Part shown: piece by piece, positions 24,395 through 34,659 of the stretch
How positions within the stretch are numbered: the stretch's first letter is position 1
Layout of the letters: each line of letters begins with the position of its first letter
Assembly (NCBI GenBank): GCA_963779415.1
Contig: CAVZYA010000002.1
Coordinates: forward strand, 960,001-1,024,000
Length of the DNA: 64,000 nucleotides
Source of the DNA: an uncultured Acidobacteriota bacterium
GTDB taxonomy: Bacteria; Acidobacteriota; Thermoanaerobaculia; UBA5066
Reading direction: 5' to 3'
Made by a program: the position numbers and the translations under genes
Notes under the pieces: generated by a model
What the model was told of the DNA's origin: nothing
The model's input: only the letters and a program-made list of their open reading frames with translations
Database searches by the model: none

Positions 24395-25195
24395 ATGTCG
24401 TCGAAGCTCCCCCTCCTCCTCGTGGCCGCGCTCCTTTTCGGCGGCCTTTTCCTGTTCCTCCGCTTCTTCGCGCGCGTCCTCGCTTTTCCCGGCTCGCGCG
24501 TCTCCTTTTCGGAGGCGGGGGCGCTCGGGGACCGGGGGTGGATGCTGACGTTCGTGACGGGGGACGGCCTCACTCTCCGGGCGGCGTGGATCTCCTCGGG
24601 AGTCTCCGGCGCGAAGGTCGTCGTCTTCTTCCACGGCAACGCCGAGTCGGCCGCGCAGAATCTTCCGCTCGCCCGGGCGCTCTCTTCGGAAGGGGTCGAC
24701 GTGGTCCTCGCGGAGTACCGCGGGTACGGAGGAGAGCCGGGGCGTCCGGACGAAACGGGGCTCTATGCCGATGGCACGGCGCTTCTCGGGGCCCTGGAAC
24801 GGGAGGGAGTGACGCGGGACCGGCTCGTTCTCGTCGGCCGCTCTCTCGGGACGGGCGTCGCCGTCGAGATGGCGCTCCGATTTCCTCCCTCGCTCCTCAT
24901 CCTCGTCTCGCCGTACACGTCGCTTACGGACCTCGGCCGGTCTCTCATCGGGCCGCTCGCGCCCCTCCTCGTTCCCGACCGGTTCGACAACCTCGGAAAG
25001 ATCGCGCGTCTGACCTGTCCCGTCGTCATCCTCCACGGCACGAAGGATGACGTGATTCCGTTCCGGATGGGCGAGAAGCTCGCCGCCGCGGGGAAGAACG
25101 TCCGGTTCCTTCCCCTCGAGGGGAGGACGCACAACGACATCCCCGACCTCCCGGCGCTCCTCCTCTCGAGGATTCGCGCGGAGGCCGGGGTCTAG
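24395..25195 (+). CDS. Alpha/beta hydrolase (ABHD17/YfhR-like)
   Basis: FHGNAE, EYRGYG, GRSLG nucleophile, HGTKDDVIP, THND. Confidence 0.9.
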   Translation: MSSKLPLLLVAALLFGGLFLFLRFFARVLAFPGSRVSFSEAGALGDRGWMLTFVTGDGLTLRAAWISSGVSGAKVVVFFHGNAESAAQNLPLARALSSEGVDVVLAEYRGYGGEPGRPDETGLYADGTALLGALEREGVTRDRLVLVGRSLGTGVAVEMALRFPPSLLILVSPYTSLTDLGRSLIGPLAPLLVPDRFDNLGKIARLTCPVVILHGTKDDVIPFRMGEKLAAAGKNVRFLPLEGRTHNDIPDLPALLLSRIRAEAGV

Positions 25196-25219
25196 AATCC
25201 CGGGAAGCGGAGGATCCCG

Positions 25220-25435
25220 ATGGACGTGCCGACGAAGGTCTACGTGACGTGTCCGATCTCGGATCTGAAGCAGGTTGCGGGGACGCTGATCTCGATCTCT
25301 CCGCTCGGCTACTACGAGCTGCACGTCACGTTCGGCGCGAACACCCACGTCGTCCTTCTTCCGATCGTGGCGACGACGCTGACGGTCGCCGAGCCGGTCC
25401 TGAACCCGCCCGCCGGCTTCGAGCTCGAGCGCTAG
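25220..25435 (+). CDS. Small hypothetical protein (71 aa)
   Basis: Clean codon usage, GGAG RBS, upstream TAGAAT. Confidence 0.65.
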   Translation: MDVPTKVYVTCPISDLKQVAGTLISISPLGYYELHVTFGANTHVVLLPIVATTLTVAEPVLNPPAGFELER

Positions 25436-25457
25436 CGCGGAGCCTCCGGAGCCGCCG

Positions 25458-26922
25458 ATGACGTCGGAACCCCTCTCCGCCGTCGACACGGCGTGGCTCC
25501 ACATGGAGGAGCCGACGAACCTGATGATGGTGACGGGGGTCCTCGTCTTCGACGAGATCCTCGACTTCGGCCGCCTCGCGGCGCTGATGAAGGAACGCCT
25601 CCTCCGCGTTCCGCGTCTGACGCAGCGCATCGTCGATCCCCGCCTTCCCTTCACGCCGCCCCGCTGGGAGACCGACCCGACCTTCGACCTCCGGGCGCAC
25701 CTCCACCGCGTCGCCCTTCATCCGCCCGGGGACCAGGCGGCGCTCCGCGAACTCGTGAGCGACCTGATGTCGATGCCGCTCGACTTCTCCAAGCCGCTCT
25801 GGCAGTTCCACCTCGTCGAGGGGTTCGGAAAGGGAAGCGCCCTCGTCGGCCGTCTTCCACCATGTACTCGGGGACGGCGTCGCCCTCGTGAGGCTGATCC
25901 TGTCGATCGCGGACGGCGCCGGGCCGGAAGGCGAGGCGGCGTCATTCGGCGAGCCGCACGGATGGGAGCGGCTCGGCGCCTTCCTCGGTCCGGCAGCGAA
26001 GGCCGTTTCTCGAGGATTCGCCGTGACACAGGGGATCGTCCGCGAAGGGGTCGAGTCCCTCGTCCATCCCGAACACCTCCTCGAGATCGCGGCGCGCGGC
26101 GCCAGCGGTGCGGACGCGCTGGCCAAGCTGGTCCTGATGCCGCCCGACCCGATCACACCCTTCAAGGGGCCGCTCGGCGTCGAGAAGATGGCCGCCTGGT
26201 CCGACCCGATCCCGCTCGACGAGGTGAAGGCGGTGGGGAAGGCTCTGGGAGGGACGGTGAACGACGTCCTTCTCGCCTCCGTGACCGGGGCGCTCCGGCG
26301 CTACCTCGAAGGGCGCGGCGCCCTCTCTCCCGGTCTCGAGTTCCGCGCCGTCGTTCCGGTGAATCTCCGCCGGCCCGAGGAGGAGCACGAGCTGGGGAAC
26401 CGGTTCGGCCTCGTCTTCCTTTCCCTCCCCGTCGGCGTCGAGGATCCCGTCGAGAGGCTCTTCGAGCTGAAGGAGCGGATGGACGAGATCAAGGGATCGC
26501 CCGAGGCGATCGTCGCCCTCGCCCTGCTCGGCGCGATCGGCACGGCCCCCATCCCCGTCGAGCGGCTCGTCGTCGAGCTGTTCGGGCGGGGCGGTACGGG
26601 CGTGATGACGAACGTCGCCGGACCCCGCCAGCGGATCCGTCTGGCCGGACGGCCGGCGACCGGAATGATGTTCTGGGTCCCGCAGTCGGGGCGGCTCGGT
26701 CTCGGCGTCAGCATCCTGAGCTACGCGGGGGGCGTCTCGCTCGGCGTCGCGACCGACGCAGGTCTCGTCCCCGACCCGGAGGCGATCCTCGACGGCTTCC
26801 GCGCGGAGTTCGACGCTCTGGCGGAGGCCGCGCGCCGGCAGGAGTCGCCGGCCCCCGTTCCTCCCCGACGCGCACCGGTCAGGCCGGCGGGTCGGCGGCG
26901 TTCCCGTCCGTCTCGGCGGTGA
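25458..26922 (+). CDS. Wax ester synthase/diacylglycerol acyltransferase (WS/DGAT), frameshift at ~25858
   Basis: LSAVDTAWLHME, PLDFSKPLWQFHLVEG; removing one C gives RLHHVLGDG (HHxxxDG); C-half TVNDVLLA, VPVNLR, GNRFG, TNVAGP in ORF 25888..26922. Confidence 0.9.
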
Positions 26923-29140
26923 GGTCGGAGGCGTCCTCGGTGCCTCCGCGCGCGAGGCGTTCGGCCGCGCGCAGCATCCGGCGGCGGGCGTCTTCGAGGA
27001 AATCGGCCTGCGAGTCGACGGCGGGGGCGCCCGGTGCGGGGCGGAGCCGCTCGTAGCGGCCGTCCGCGTGGAGGGCGCGTGCCCGGACGTTGTCGGCGAG
27101 GGAGAGCTCCAGCGCGCGGACGACCTCCGCCGCGGCGGCCGGGTCTTCGACCGGGAAGGAGATCTCGACCCTCCGGAAGAAGTTCCGGGGCATCCAGTCG
27201 GCCGACGACAGGTAGACCTTCCGGTCGCCTCCGTTCTCGAAGACGAACGCGCGGCTGTGCTCGAGGAATCGCCCGACGACGGAACGGACCCGGATGTTCT
27301 CCGACAGCCCCGGAACTCCCGGTTTCAGGCAGCAGATGCCGCGGATGGAGAGATCCACCGGGACGCCGGCCTGGGACGCCTCGTAGAGCGCGGCGATGAC
27401 CTTCGTGTCGACGAGGGCGTTCATCTTGGCGCGGATTCCGGAGGGATGTCCGGCGCGTGCGTGTGCCGTCTCTCTCTCGATCCATTCGAGGACGGTGCGG
27501 TGCATCTCCCTCGGGGCCGTGACGAGCTTCTCGTACCGGATGCGCCCGGCGATCCCGGTCAGCGCGTTGAAGAGCTTCGAGGCGTCCTCGCCGAACTCGG
27601 GGCGGCAGGTCAGAAGGCCGAAGTCGGTATAGACGCGCGCCGTCGTCGGGTTGTAGTTGCCGGTTCCGAGGTGGACGTACCGGCGCAACTCGTCCTTCTC
27701 CCGCCGGACGACGAGGGCGATCTTCCCGTGGGTCTTGAGCCCCATGACGCCGTAGACGACGTGGACCCCCGCCTGCTCGAGAGCCTTGGCCCAGACGATG
27801 TTGTTCTCCTCGTCGAAGCGCGCCTTCAGCTCCACGAGGACGGCGACCTGCTTGCCGTTCTCGGCGGCGCGGACGAGGGCCGGGATGATCGGGGATTCCG
27901 AGCCCGCCCGGTAGAGCGTCATCTTGATGGCGAGCGTCTTTCCGTCCTCCGCCGCGCGCTGGATCAGCTCGACGACCGGTCCGAAGGAGTCGTACGGGTG
28001 GTGGAGGAGGATGTCGCCGGAGCGGATCGCCGCGAAGATCGAGGTCTCCGGCCGCGGCAGGAGGGTGGGGAGCGCCGGCGTGAACGGCGGGTCCTTCAGG
28101 TCGTGGCGGTCGAGCTTCCAGAGGGCCATGAGGTCGCCGCCTCCGAGCGGGCCGTCAACCTCGTAGACCTCCTGCTCGGTGATCTCGAGCTGCTTCAAGA
28201 GGAGCTTCCGGACGCGCTTGGGCGTCTTCGGGGCGACCTCGAGACGGACGACCGCGCCGAATCGGCGGCGCCGGACCTCCTGCTCGATCGTCGCGAGAAG
28301 GTCTGCGGCCTCGTCTTCCTGGATCTCGATGTCGGCGTCCCGGGTCACGCGGAAGAGGTGAGAGGAGACGATCTCGAAACCCGGGAAGAGCTCGCCGAGA
28401 TTCGCCTGGATCAGCGACTCGAGAAGGACGAAGTCGGCCTTCTCCGGCCGGACCTTCTTCTTCCCTTCCTCGATCTCGCGCAGCGAGACGAGCCGAGGTA
28501 GCGCGGCGGGGACCTTGACGCGCGCGAAACGGATGTCTCCCGTCTCGGGGTCCTTCACCTCGACGGCGAGGTTGATGGAGAGGTTCGAGAGGAACGGGAA
28601 CGGGTGCCCGGGGTCGACGACGAGCGGCGTCAGGACGGGGAGGACGTGCTTCCGGAACCAGGCGCTCGCCGCCTCGCGCGTCGCTTCGGCGAGGTCCGGG
28701 GCGGAGAGGACCGAGATCCCCGCCGCCGCGAGCTTCGGGAGGAGGTCGCCCGTCAGGCAGGCCGACTGGCGTGACTCCATCTTCAGAACGGCCTCGCGGA
28801 TCTTCAGGAGCTGCTCGGCCGGGGTGAGACCGTCCTCGGCCCGCTCGACCTTCCCGGACCAGACCTGGTCGAGGACGCCCGCGACCCGGATCATGAAGAA
28901 TTCGTCGAGATTCGTCTCCGAGATGGAGAGGAACTTGAGCCGCTCCAGGAGCGGCCAGCGTTCGTCGAGGGCCTCGTCGAGGACCCGCTCGTTGAACTCC
29001 AGCCACGACAGCTCCCGGTCGAGGAGCGAGATCGCCGCCTCCGGGGAAGGCACCGCGGAGGGAGTTGCCGCCGCCTCGGCGGCGGGCTCGACCAGCTCGA
29101 GGTTTCGTCGCCTGCGGGGTCTGCTTTCGTGGTGGATCAT
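26879..29140 (-). CDS. ppk1: Polyphosphate kinase 1
   Basis: RELSWLEFNERVL, NLDEFFMIRV, HPFP, LLHHPYDSF, KTHGK, GTGNYN, GRFLEHSR, SADWMPRN. Confidence 0.97.
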   Translation of the reverse strand: MIHHESRPRRRRNLELVEPAAEAAATPSAVPSPEAAISLLDRELSWLEFNERVLDEALDERWPLLERLKFLSISETNLDEFFMIRVAGVLDQVWSGKVERAEDGLTPAEQLLKIREAVLKMESRQSACLTGDLLPKLAAAGISVLSAPDLAEATREAASAWFRKHVLPVLTPLVVDPGHPFPFLSNLSINLAVEVKDPETGDIRFARVKVPAALPRLVSLREIEEGKKKVRPEKADFVLLESLIQANLGELFPGFEIVSSHLFRVTRDADIEIQEDEAADLLATIEQEVRRRRFGAVVRLEVAPKTPKRVRKLLLKQLEITEQEVYEVDGPLGGGDLMALWKLDRHDLKDPPFTPALPTLLPRPETSIFAAIRSGDILLHHPYDSFGPVVELIQRAAEDGKTLAIKMTLYRAGSESPIIPALVRAAENGKQVAVLVELKARFDEENNIVWAKALEQAGVHVVYGVMGLKTHGKIALVVRREKDELRRYVHLGTGNYNPTTARVYTDFGLLTCRPEFGEDASKLFNALTGIAGRIRYEKLVTAPREMHRTVLEWIERETAHARAGHPSGIRAKMNALVDTKVIAALYEASQAGVPVDLSIRGICCLKPGVPGLSENIRVRSVVGRFLEHSRAFVFENGGDRKVYLSSADWMPRNFFRRVEISFPVEDPAAAAEVVRALELSLADNVRARALHADGRYERLRPAPGAPAVDSQADFLEDARRRMLRAAERLARGGTEDASDLTAETDGNAADPPA

Positions 29141-29261
29141 CGCGGGGTCTCCCCACCTTGGGGGGTCAGAGGATACCGGAGGCCGGTCCGCTTCGCCCGG
29201 CCGGCCTTGGCATCACCCGATTTCCCGATAAGCCCTGTTTTCGGAGAGGATTGGGATCGGC

Positions 29262-29648
29262 ATGGCAGAGGAACCGCAGGATCCGCTCCGGCTCCGCGAG
29301 ATCGCCGAAGGGCTCGGCCTCCCGGCGGCGAGGCGGCACATCGTTCTCTGCTCCGACGCGACGAAGCCGAATTGCTGCGAGAGGGAACGGAGCCTCGTTG
29401 CCTGGGACTACCTGAAATCGCGTCTCCGCGAGCTGGGCCTCTCGGAGGGGGGCGGGATCGCCCGGACGAAAGCAAACTGCCTCCGGATCTGCGCGGGAGG
29501 ACCGATCGCGGTCGTCTACCCGGAGGGCGTCTGGTACCGGGCGTGTGACCCGCCGGTTCTCGAACGGATCATCCGCGAGCACCTCGTCGGCGGATCTCCG
29601 GTCGCCGAGTTCGTGATCGCCGCGCGGCCGCTCGGCGGAGATGCATGA
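29262..29648 (+). CDS. Thioredoxin-like (2Fe-2S) ferredoxin
   Basis: [35 protein letters not shown]. Confidence 0.9.
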   Translation: MAEEPQDPLRLREIAEGLGLPAARRHIVLCSDATKPNCCERERSLVAWDYLKSRLRELGLSEGGGIARTKANCLRICAGGPIAVVYPEGVWYRACDPPVLERIIREHLVGGSPVAEFVIAARPLGGDA

Positions 29649-29748
29649 GGCCTCCCGCCGGATCCGGGCGGGCCTTCGCTCGCCGTATCTTCGCCTCCGG
29701 GGCCGGAGTGGAATAAGCTCTTTCTGTCGTTTGTCCGGAGGTTTCGCC

Positions 29749-30915
29749 ATGAAGAAGAAGATAGTCCTTCCGCTCGCCCTCGCCGCCCTTCTCTCGCCGG
29801 GCTGCGGTCCCAAAGGAGAGCTTCCCGCGATCCAGATCGGCCTGATCGCGGAGCTGACCGGGCCCCTTTCCGTCATTGGCGCGTCGTGCCGGAGCGCGGC
29901 CGAGATGAAGGTCGCCCAGATCGGTGAAAAGGGCGGCATCGACGTGGGCGGGAAGAAGTACAACCTGAAGCTCGTCATCGCCGACAGCCAGAGCACCCCC
30001 GAGGGGGCGCTCGCCGCCGCACAGGGCCTCGTCAAGGAGGACGCGGTCGTCGGGCTGATCGGGCCGAACGCGAGCCTCGAGGCCGTTCCCGTGGCCGATG
30101 CCGCCGAAGAGGCGAAAGTGCCGATGATCACGCCGTGGTCCACGGCCCCGAAAACGACGATCGACGCGAAGACCGGCCAGCCGAAGCAGTGGGTATTCCG
30201 GGCCTGCTTCACGGACGCCTGGCAGGGCGAGGTTCTCGCGAAGTTCGCCGACGGCTACGTCAAGGCGAAGAAGGCGGCCGTTCTGTTCGACCCGAGCTCG
30301 GAAGCGCCGAAGATCCAGGCCGAGCTGTTCCGGCAGGACTTCGAGAAGGCGGGGGGGAAGGTCGTCGCTTACGAGACCTACACGAGCGGCGACAAGGACT
30401 TCTCGGCGGTCTTCGCGAGGATCAAGAAGGCCGCGCCCGACGTCGTCTTCCTCTCCGGCTACTACAACGACGTTGCCCTCCAGCTCGCGCAGGCTCACGC
30501 GGCGGGGATCACGGTCCCCTTCCTCGGCAGTGACAACTGGGGGACGTCGGACTTCGTGAAGCTCGCGGGGAAGGAAGCCGAGGGCTCCTTCTACAGCGCC
30601 CACTACAACCCGGACCGCCGGAACGAGATCACCGGTGCCTTCGTCATCAGCTACAAGAAGAGTCATGCCGACGCCGTGCCGGACGACGTGGCGGCCCTCA
30701 CCTACGACGCGTTCGGGCTCTTCGTCGAGGCGCTGCAGAAGGCCGGCAATCCGAGCCGGCAGGCCGTCCGCGACGCGCTCGCCGGGATCCGGGAGTACGA
30801 CGGAGTGACCGGCAAGTTCCGGTTCGCCGAAGGCTCCCGTGACCCGGTGAAGACGACCGTGATGTTCAAGGTGGAAGGGGGAAAACCCTCCTTCGTCACG
30901 AACATCGAGCCGTAA
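29749..30915 (+). CDS. LivJ/LivK-like ABC substrate-binding lipoprotein
   Basis: Lipobox LSPGC; ELTGP, FRACFTD, ALTYDA, GVTG; GGAGG RBS. Confidence 0.9.
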   Translation: MKKKIVLPLALAALLSPGCGPKGELPAIQIGLIAELTGPLSVIGASCRSAAEMKVAQIGEKGGIDVGGKKYNLKLVIADSQSTPEGALAAAQGLVKEDAVVGLIGPNASLEAVPVADAAEEAKVPMITPWSTAPKTTIDAKTGQPKQWVFRACFTDAWQGEVLAKFADGYVKAKKAAVLFDPSSEAPKIQAELFRQDFEKAGGKVVAYETYTSGDKDFSAVFARIKKAAPDVVFLSGYYNDVALQLAQAHAAGITVPFLGSDNWGTSDFVKLAGKEAEGSFYSAHYNPDRRNEITGAFVISYKKSHADAVPDDVAALTYDAFGLFVEALQKAGNPSRQAVRDALAGIREYDGVTGKFRFAEGSRDPVKTTVMFKVEGGKPSFVTNIEP

Positions 30916-30928
30916 GGGAGGAGGAACG

Positions 30929-32380
30929 TCAGCCGGCCGCGGCCTCGCGCGCCGCGGCCGCGAGATCCTCGAGCGCGGCGTCGACCCGGTCCCGGTGGGT
31001 CCGGAACGAAAGGACGCAGATCCGGAGGAGACTCTTCCCCTTCGTCGTCGTCGCCGTCAGGTGGACCCGGCCGCGGGCGTTGACGGTGTCGAGGATCCGG
31101 CGGTTCAGGGTCTCGATCGCGGCCTCCCCGACTCCCCTCGGCGCGAACCGGAACGCGAGGAGTGAGAGCTCCGGCGGCGCGACGATCTCGACGTCCGGGT
31201 GCCTTGCCAGCTCGCGCGCCGCGTACGACGCGAGGTCCAGCTTCTCGTCGAGGTTCCGGCGGAACGGGCCGAGGCCGTACATCTTGAGCGGGAGCCAGGC
31301 GGCGAGACCGCGAAAGGGGCGCGACAGCTCCGGCGAGATCCTGCAAAAGTCGACAGAGTCGGCGTCGCTCTGCATCCCGGGCAGGTATTCGCCTCCGGCC
31401 CCGTGTGCCCGCCGGAGGGTCGCGGCGTCACGGACGAGGAGGCAGCCCGAGCCGTACGGGAGGAAGAGCCCCTTGTGAGGGTCGAGGACGATCGAGTCGG
31501 CCCGCTCGATCCCGGCCATGGTCCGCTTTCCGCGCTCCGTCAGGACGAAGAAGCCCCCGTACGCGGCGTCGACGTGAAACCAGAGGCGCTCGCGCTCGCA
31601 GATTCCGGCGAGAGCCGCGAGGTCGTCCACGGCGCCCGTATTCGTCGTCCCCGCATTCCCGACGACGAGGAAGGGAGAGAGCCCCTTGCGCCGGTCCCCG
31701 GTGACCGCCTCTTCGAGAAGGTCGAGGCGGATCCGGAACGCGTCGTCCGACGGAATCTCCCGGACGCTCCGCGCGGGAAATCCGGAGAGGGCGGCCGCCT
31801 TGGCGACGCAGTGGTGCGTCTGGTCGCTGGCGTAGAGGACGCCCCGGAGGAACTCCTCGGGAAGGCGGTCGCGGCGCGCCGCGACGATCGCGGAGAAGTT
31901 CGCGAGCGAGCCGCCGCTCGCGAAAAAGCCCCCGGCTCCTTCGGGGAAGCCGACGAGGCGGGCAAACCACCGAAGGACGTTCGTCTCGAGCTGGACGAGG
32001 AGCGGGGCGGCCGCGAAGACGCCGGTGTACCGGTTCGTCGCGGCGGCGACGAGGTCGGCGACGGCCGACGCGAAGAGCCCTCCCCCCGGGATGTAGGCGA
32101 GGTAGCCGGGGGAGGCGGCGTTGAAGCTCTTCGGGATCGCCCGGTCGAAGAGGAGGTCGAGAAGCTCCTCGGCCGGAGCGCCCGTCTCGGGAGGCTCGCG
32201 CTCGATCAGCGCTCGCGAAAGCGCGGCCGCTCCCTCCGTGTCGGCCGCGCGCTGCGCCGGGAGGGAGTCGACGTGCGCGACGATCCGCGTCATCGCGAGG
32301 CGGAGGAGACTCTCCATCTCCGCTGCCGACGGCTCGAGCGAGGTGTCGGCGGGGAAGGGGGGCGGAATCCGCGACGACAC
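30929..32380 (-). CDS. Group II PLP-dependent (aromatic amino acid-type) decarboxylase
   Basis: SGGSLAN, SDQTHHC, GTTNTGAVDDL, HVDAAYGG, DPHK; start uncertain (32317-32413). Confidence 0.9.
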   Translation of the reverse strand: MSSRIPPPFPADTSLEPSAAEMESLLRLAMTRIVAHVDSLPAQRAADTEGAAALSRALIEREPPETGAPAEELLDLLFDRAIPKSFNAASPGYLAYIPGGGLFASAVADLVAAATNRYTGVFAAAPLLVQLETNVLRWFARLVGFPEGAGGFFASGGSLANFSAIVAARRDRLPEEFLRGVLYASDQTHHCVAKAAALSGFPARSVREIPSDDAFRIRLDLLEEAVTGDRRKGLSPFLVVGNAGTTNTGAVDDLAALAGICERERLWFHVDAAYGGFFVLTERGKRTMAGIERADSIVLDPHKGLFLPYGSGCLLVRDAATLRRAHGAGGEYLPGMQSDADSVDFCRISPELSRPFRGLAAWLPLKMYGLGPFRRNLDEKLDLASYAARELARHPDVEIVAPPELSLLAFRFAPRGVGEAAIETLNRRILDTVNARGRVHLTATTTKGKSLLRICVLSFRTHRDRVDAALEDLAAAAREAAAG

Positions 32381-32384
32381 GCCT

Positions 32385-33707
32385 TCAGGCTCCGAGCGCC
32401 ACGCGGGCGACATCGGCCAGCTCGGAGGCGAGGCTCTCGACGAGCCCGGCGTCCTCCCCCTCGACCATCACCCGCAGGAGAGGCTCGGTCCCCGAGTAGC
32501 GGATCAGGAGGCGCCCCCGGCCGGCGAGGCGCTCTTCGGCGCGGCGGATGGCGCCAGCGAGCGCCGGGACCTCCTCGACCGGGACGCGCTCGCGGACGCG
32601 GACGTTCTTCAGGAGCTGCGGCGCCTTCGGAAAGCGCGGCTGTGCCGCGAGAGAAGTCCGGGACAGGGCGACGAAGGCCGCGAGGTGGAGCCCGGAGAGG
32701 ATTCCGTCTCCGGTCGTCGAGAGGTCCGCCCGGATCAGATGGCCGGACGGTTCTCCCCCGAGGAGGGCGCCGCTCTTCTCCATCTCCTCCACGACGTAAC
32801 GGTCGCCGACGGCGGCGCGGAGAAGGGGGACGCCAAGGTCCGCGAGCGCCCGCTCGAACCCGAAGTTCGACATGACCGTGCCGACGACGGCCGAAGGCCT
32901 TCGCCCCTCGCGGATCATCTCGAGCGACCAGAGGTAGAGGATGTCATCGCCGTCGAGAAGACGTCCCTCCCCGTCTGCGACGACGATCCGGTCCGCGTCG
33001 CCGTCGAGGCCGATTCCGAGGTCGGCGCCCGATTCGCGCGTCACGCGCGCCATCGTCTCGGGATGGAGGGCGCCGGAACCCTCGTTGATGTTCCGGCCGT
33101 CGGGGGCGATCGCGAGAGGCACCACGCGGGCGCCCGCCGCGCGGAAGGCCGCGGGCGCGACGGCGTGTGCGGCGCCGTTCGCGGCGTCCACCACGACGGT
33201 GAGGCCGTCCAGCCGCCCCGGGAGCCCTTCGAGGAGGTGCCCGATGTAGAGCTGCGGAAGAAGCGGGTCGGGAGTGACGGCTCGCGGCGGCGCCGGCGCG
33301 CTCTCCTCGATCCGGCGCTCGATTGCCGCCTCCACGCGGTCGGGGAGCTTTCGCCCCGCCGCCGAGAAGATCTTGATGCCGTTGTCGCGCCACGGATTGT
33401 GGGAGGCGGAGACGACGACGCCCGCCTCGGCCGAGAGCGCACGGACGAGGTGGGCGACCGCGGGGGTCGGGACGACGCCCGCACCGGTCACCGTCCCCCC
33501 GGCGGCTTCGACCCCGCCGGCGAGGGCGGCGATGATGCCGGCCGTCGACTCCCGGGTATCGCCTCCCACGACGAGCCGCGGCCGGGCGGCCCCTTCGGCC
33601 ACGAGACAGGAGACGAGGGCGACGCCGACGCGGGAGACGGTCTCGACGTCGAGGGGGGCCTCGCCCGCGATGCCGCGGATCCCGTCGGTGCCGAAGAGGC
33701 GACGCAT
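32385..33707 (-). CDS. glmM: Phosphoglucosamine mutase
   Basis: FGTDGIRG, SASHNP, DGDADR, GEPSGH, RYSGTEP. Confidence 0.95.
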   Translation of the reverse strand: MRRLFGTDGIRGIAGEAPLDVETVSRVGVALVSCLVAEGAARPRLVVGGDTRESTAGIIAALAGGVEAAGGTVTGAGVVPTPAVAHLVRALSAEAGVVVSASHNPWRDNGIKIFSAAGRKLPDRVEAAIERRIEESAPAPPRAVTPDPLLPQLYIGHLLEGLPGRLDGLTVVVDAANGAAHAVAPAAFRAAGARVVPLAIAPDGRNINEGSGALHPETMARVTRESGADLGIGLDGDADRIVVADGEGRLLDGDDILYLWSLEMIREGRRPSAVVGTVMSNFGFERALADLGVPLLRAAVGDRYVVEEMEKSGALLGGEPSGHLIRADLSTTGDGILSGLHLAAFVALSRTSLAAQPRFPKAPQLLKNVRVRERVPVEEVPALAGAIRRAEERLAGRGRLLIRYSGTEPLLRVMVEGEDAGLVESLASELADVARVALGA

Positions 33708-33747
33708 CCGGAGTCGAGCTTACCGGAGAAGCAGGACGACCTCCCGA

Positions 33748-34620
33748 TCAGCCTCCGGCCCGCGCCACGGTCGCGAGAAAGCGGATCGTCGCCTCGACGT
33801 CGTGGACGCGGAGGAGGAGGGGATGCGTCGTGGTGGCGTGCGCCGCCACCGCCGCGGCGGCGAGCGACTCGGGGAGCCGGTCAGACGGCGGACGTCCGGC
33901 CACGGAACCGAGAAAAGCCTTGCGGGAGGCTCCGGCGACGAGCGGCGTTCCCGGCGGAGCGAGGTCGGTGAGGCGCGCGAGGAGCGCGAAATTCTCGTCG
34001 GGCTTCTTCCCGAAACCGAAGCCCGGGTCAAGAAGAATTCTCTGAAGAGGGATCCCGAGAGAAACCGCACGGGAACCGGCCGCGGCCAGGTCCGCGGCCA
34101 CTTCGCGGGCGACGTCCCGGAAAGAAGATTCTTCGAAGGTGGTCTGAGGCGTGCCGCGGCAATGGCTCAGCACGATCGCGGCGCCCCGGCTCGCGACGAG
34201 CTCGAGAAGGTCGTCCGGCGCGGCGAGGCCCGTGACGACGTTCACGACGTCCGCTCCCGCGTCGAGGGCCGCGCGGGCTACCTCTGTCCGGCGTGTGTCG
34301 ACGGAAAGGGGAAGAGACGGGAGCTTTCTTCGAAGGGAAGAGAGGACGGGAAGCACGCGGGCGATCTCTTCATTCGAAGAAATCTCCCCGGCTCCCTCTC
34401 CGTAAGCGCTCCCCTTCGGCCTCGTGCTCTCCCCGCCCACGTCGACGATCGCCGCTCCGAGGTCCGCGTACCGGGCACCCTCCTCGGCCGCGGAGTCTGC
34501 CGACCAGAAGCGCCCGCCGTCCGAGAAGGAGTCGGGCGTGACGTTCAGGACGGCCATCACGCCCGGGCCGTCTCCGGTCGAGAGAACCCGGCCGGACCCG
34601 AGCGGCAGGCTCCACCTCAC
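33748..34620 (-). CDS. folP: Dihydropteroate synthase
   Basis: VLNVTPDSFSDGG, GGESTRP, DPGFGFGK, GASRKAF, RVHDV at the end of ORF 33748..35703. Confidence 0.95.
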   Translation of the reverse strand: MRWSLPLGSGRVLSTGDGPGVMAVLNVTPDSFSDGGRFWSADSAAEEGARYADLGAAIVDVGGESTRPKGSAYGEGAGEISSNEEIARVLPVLSSLRRKLPSLPLSVDTRRTEVARAALDAGADVVNVVTGLAAPDDLLELVASRGAAIVLSHCRGTPQTTFEESSFRDVAREVAADLAAAGSRAVSLGIPLQRILLDPGFGFGKKPDENFALLARLTDLAPPGTPLVAGASRKAFLGSVAGRPPSDRLPESLAAAAVAAHATTTHPLLLRVHDVEATIRFLATVARAGG

Positions 34621-34659
34621 GGGCCTATTATCGCGGCCGGGGGGAGAAGGGAGATCGCG

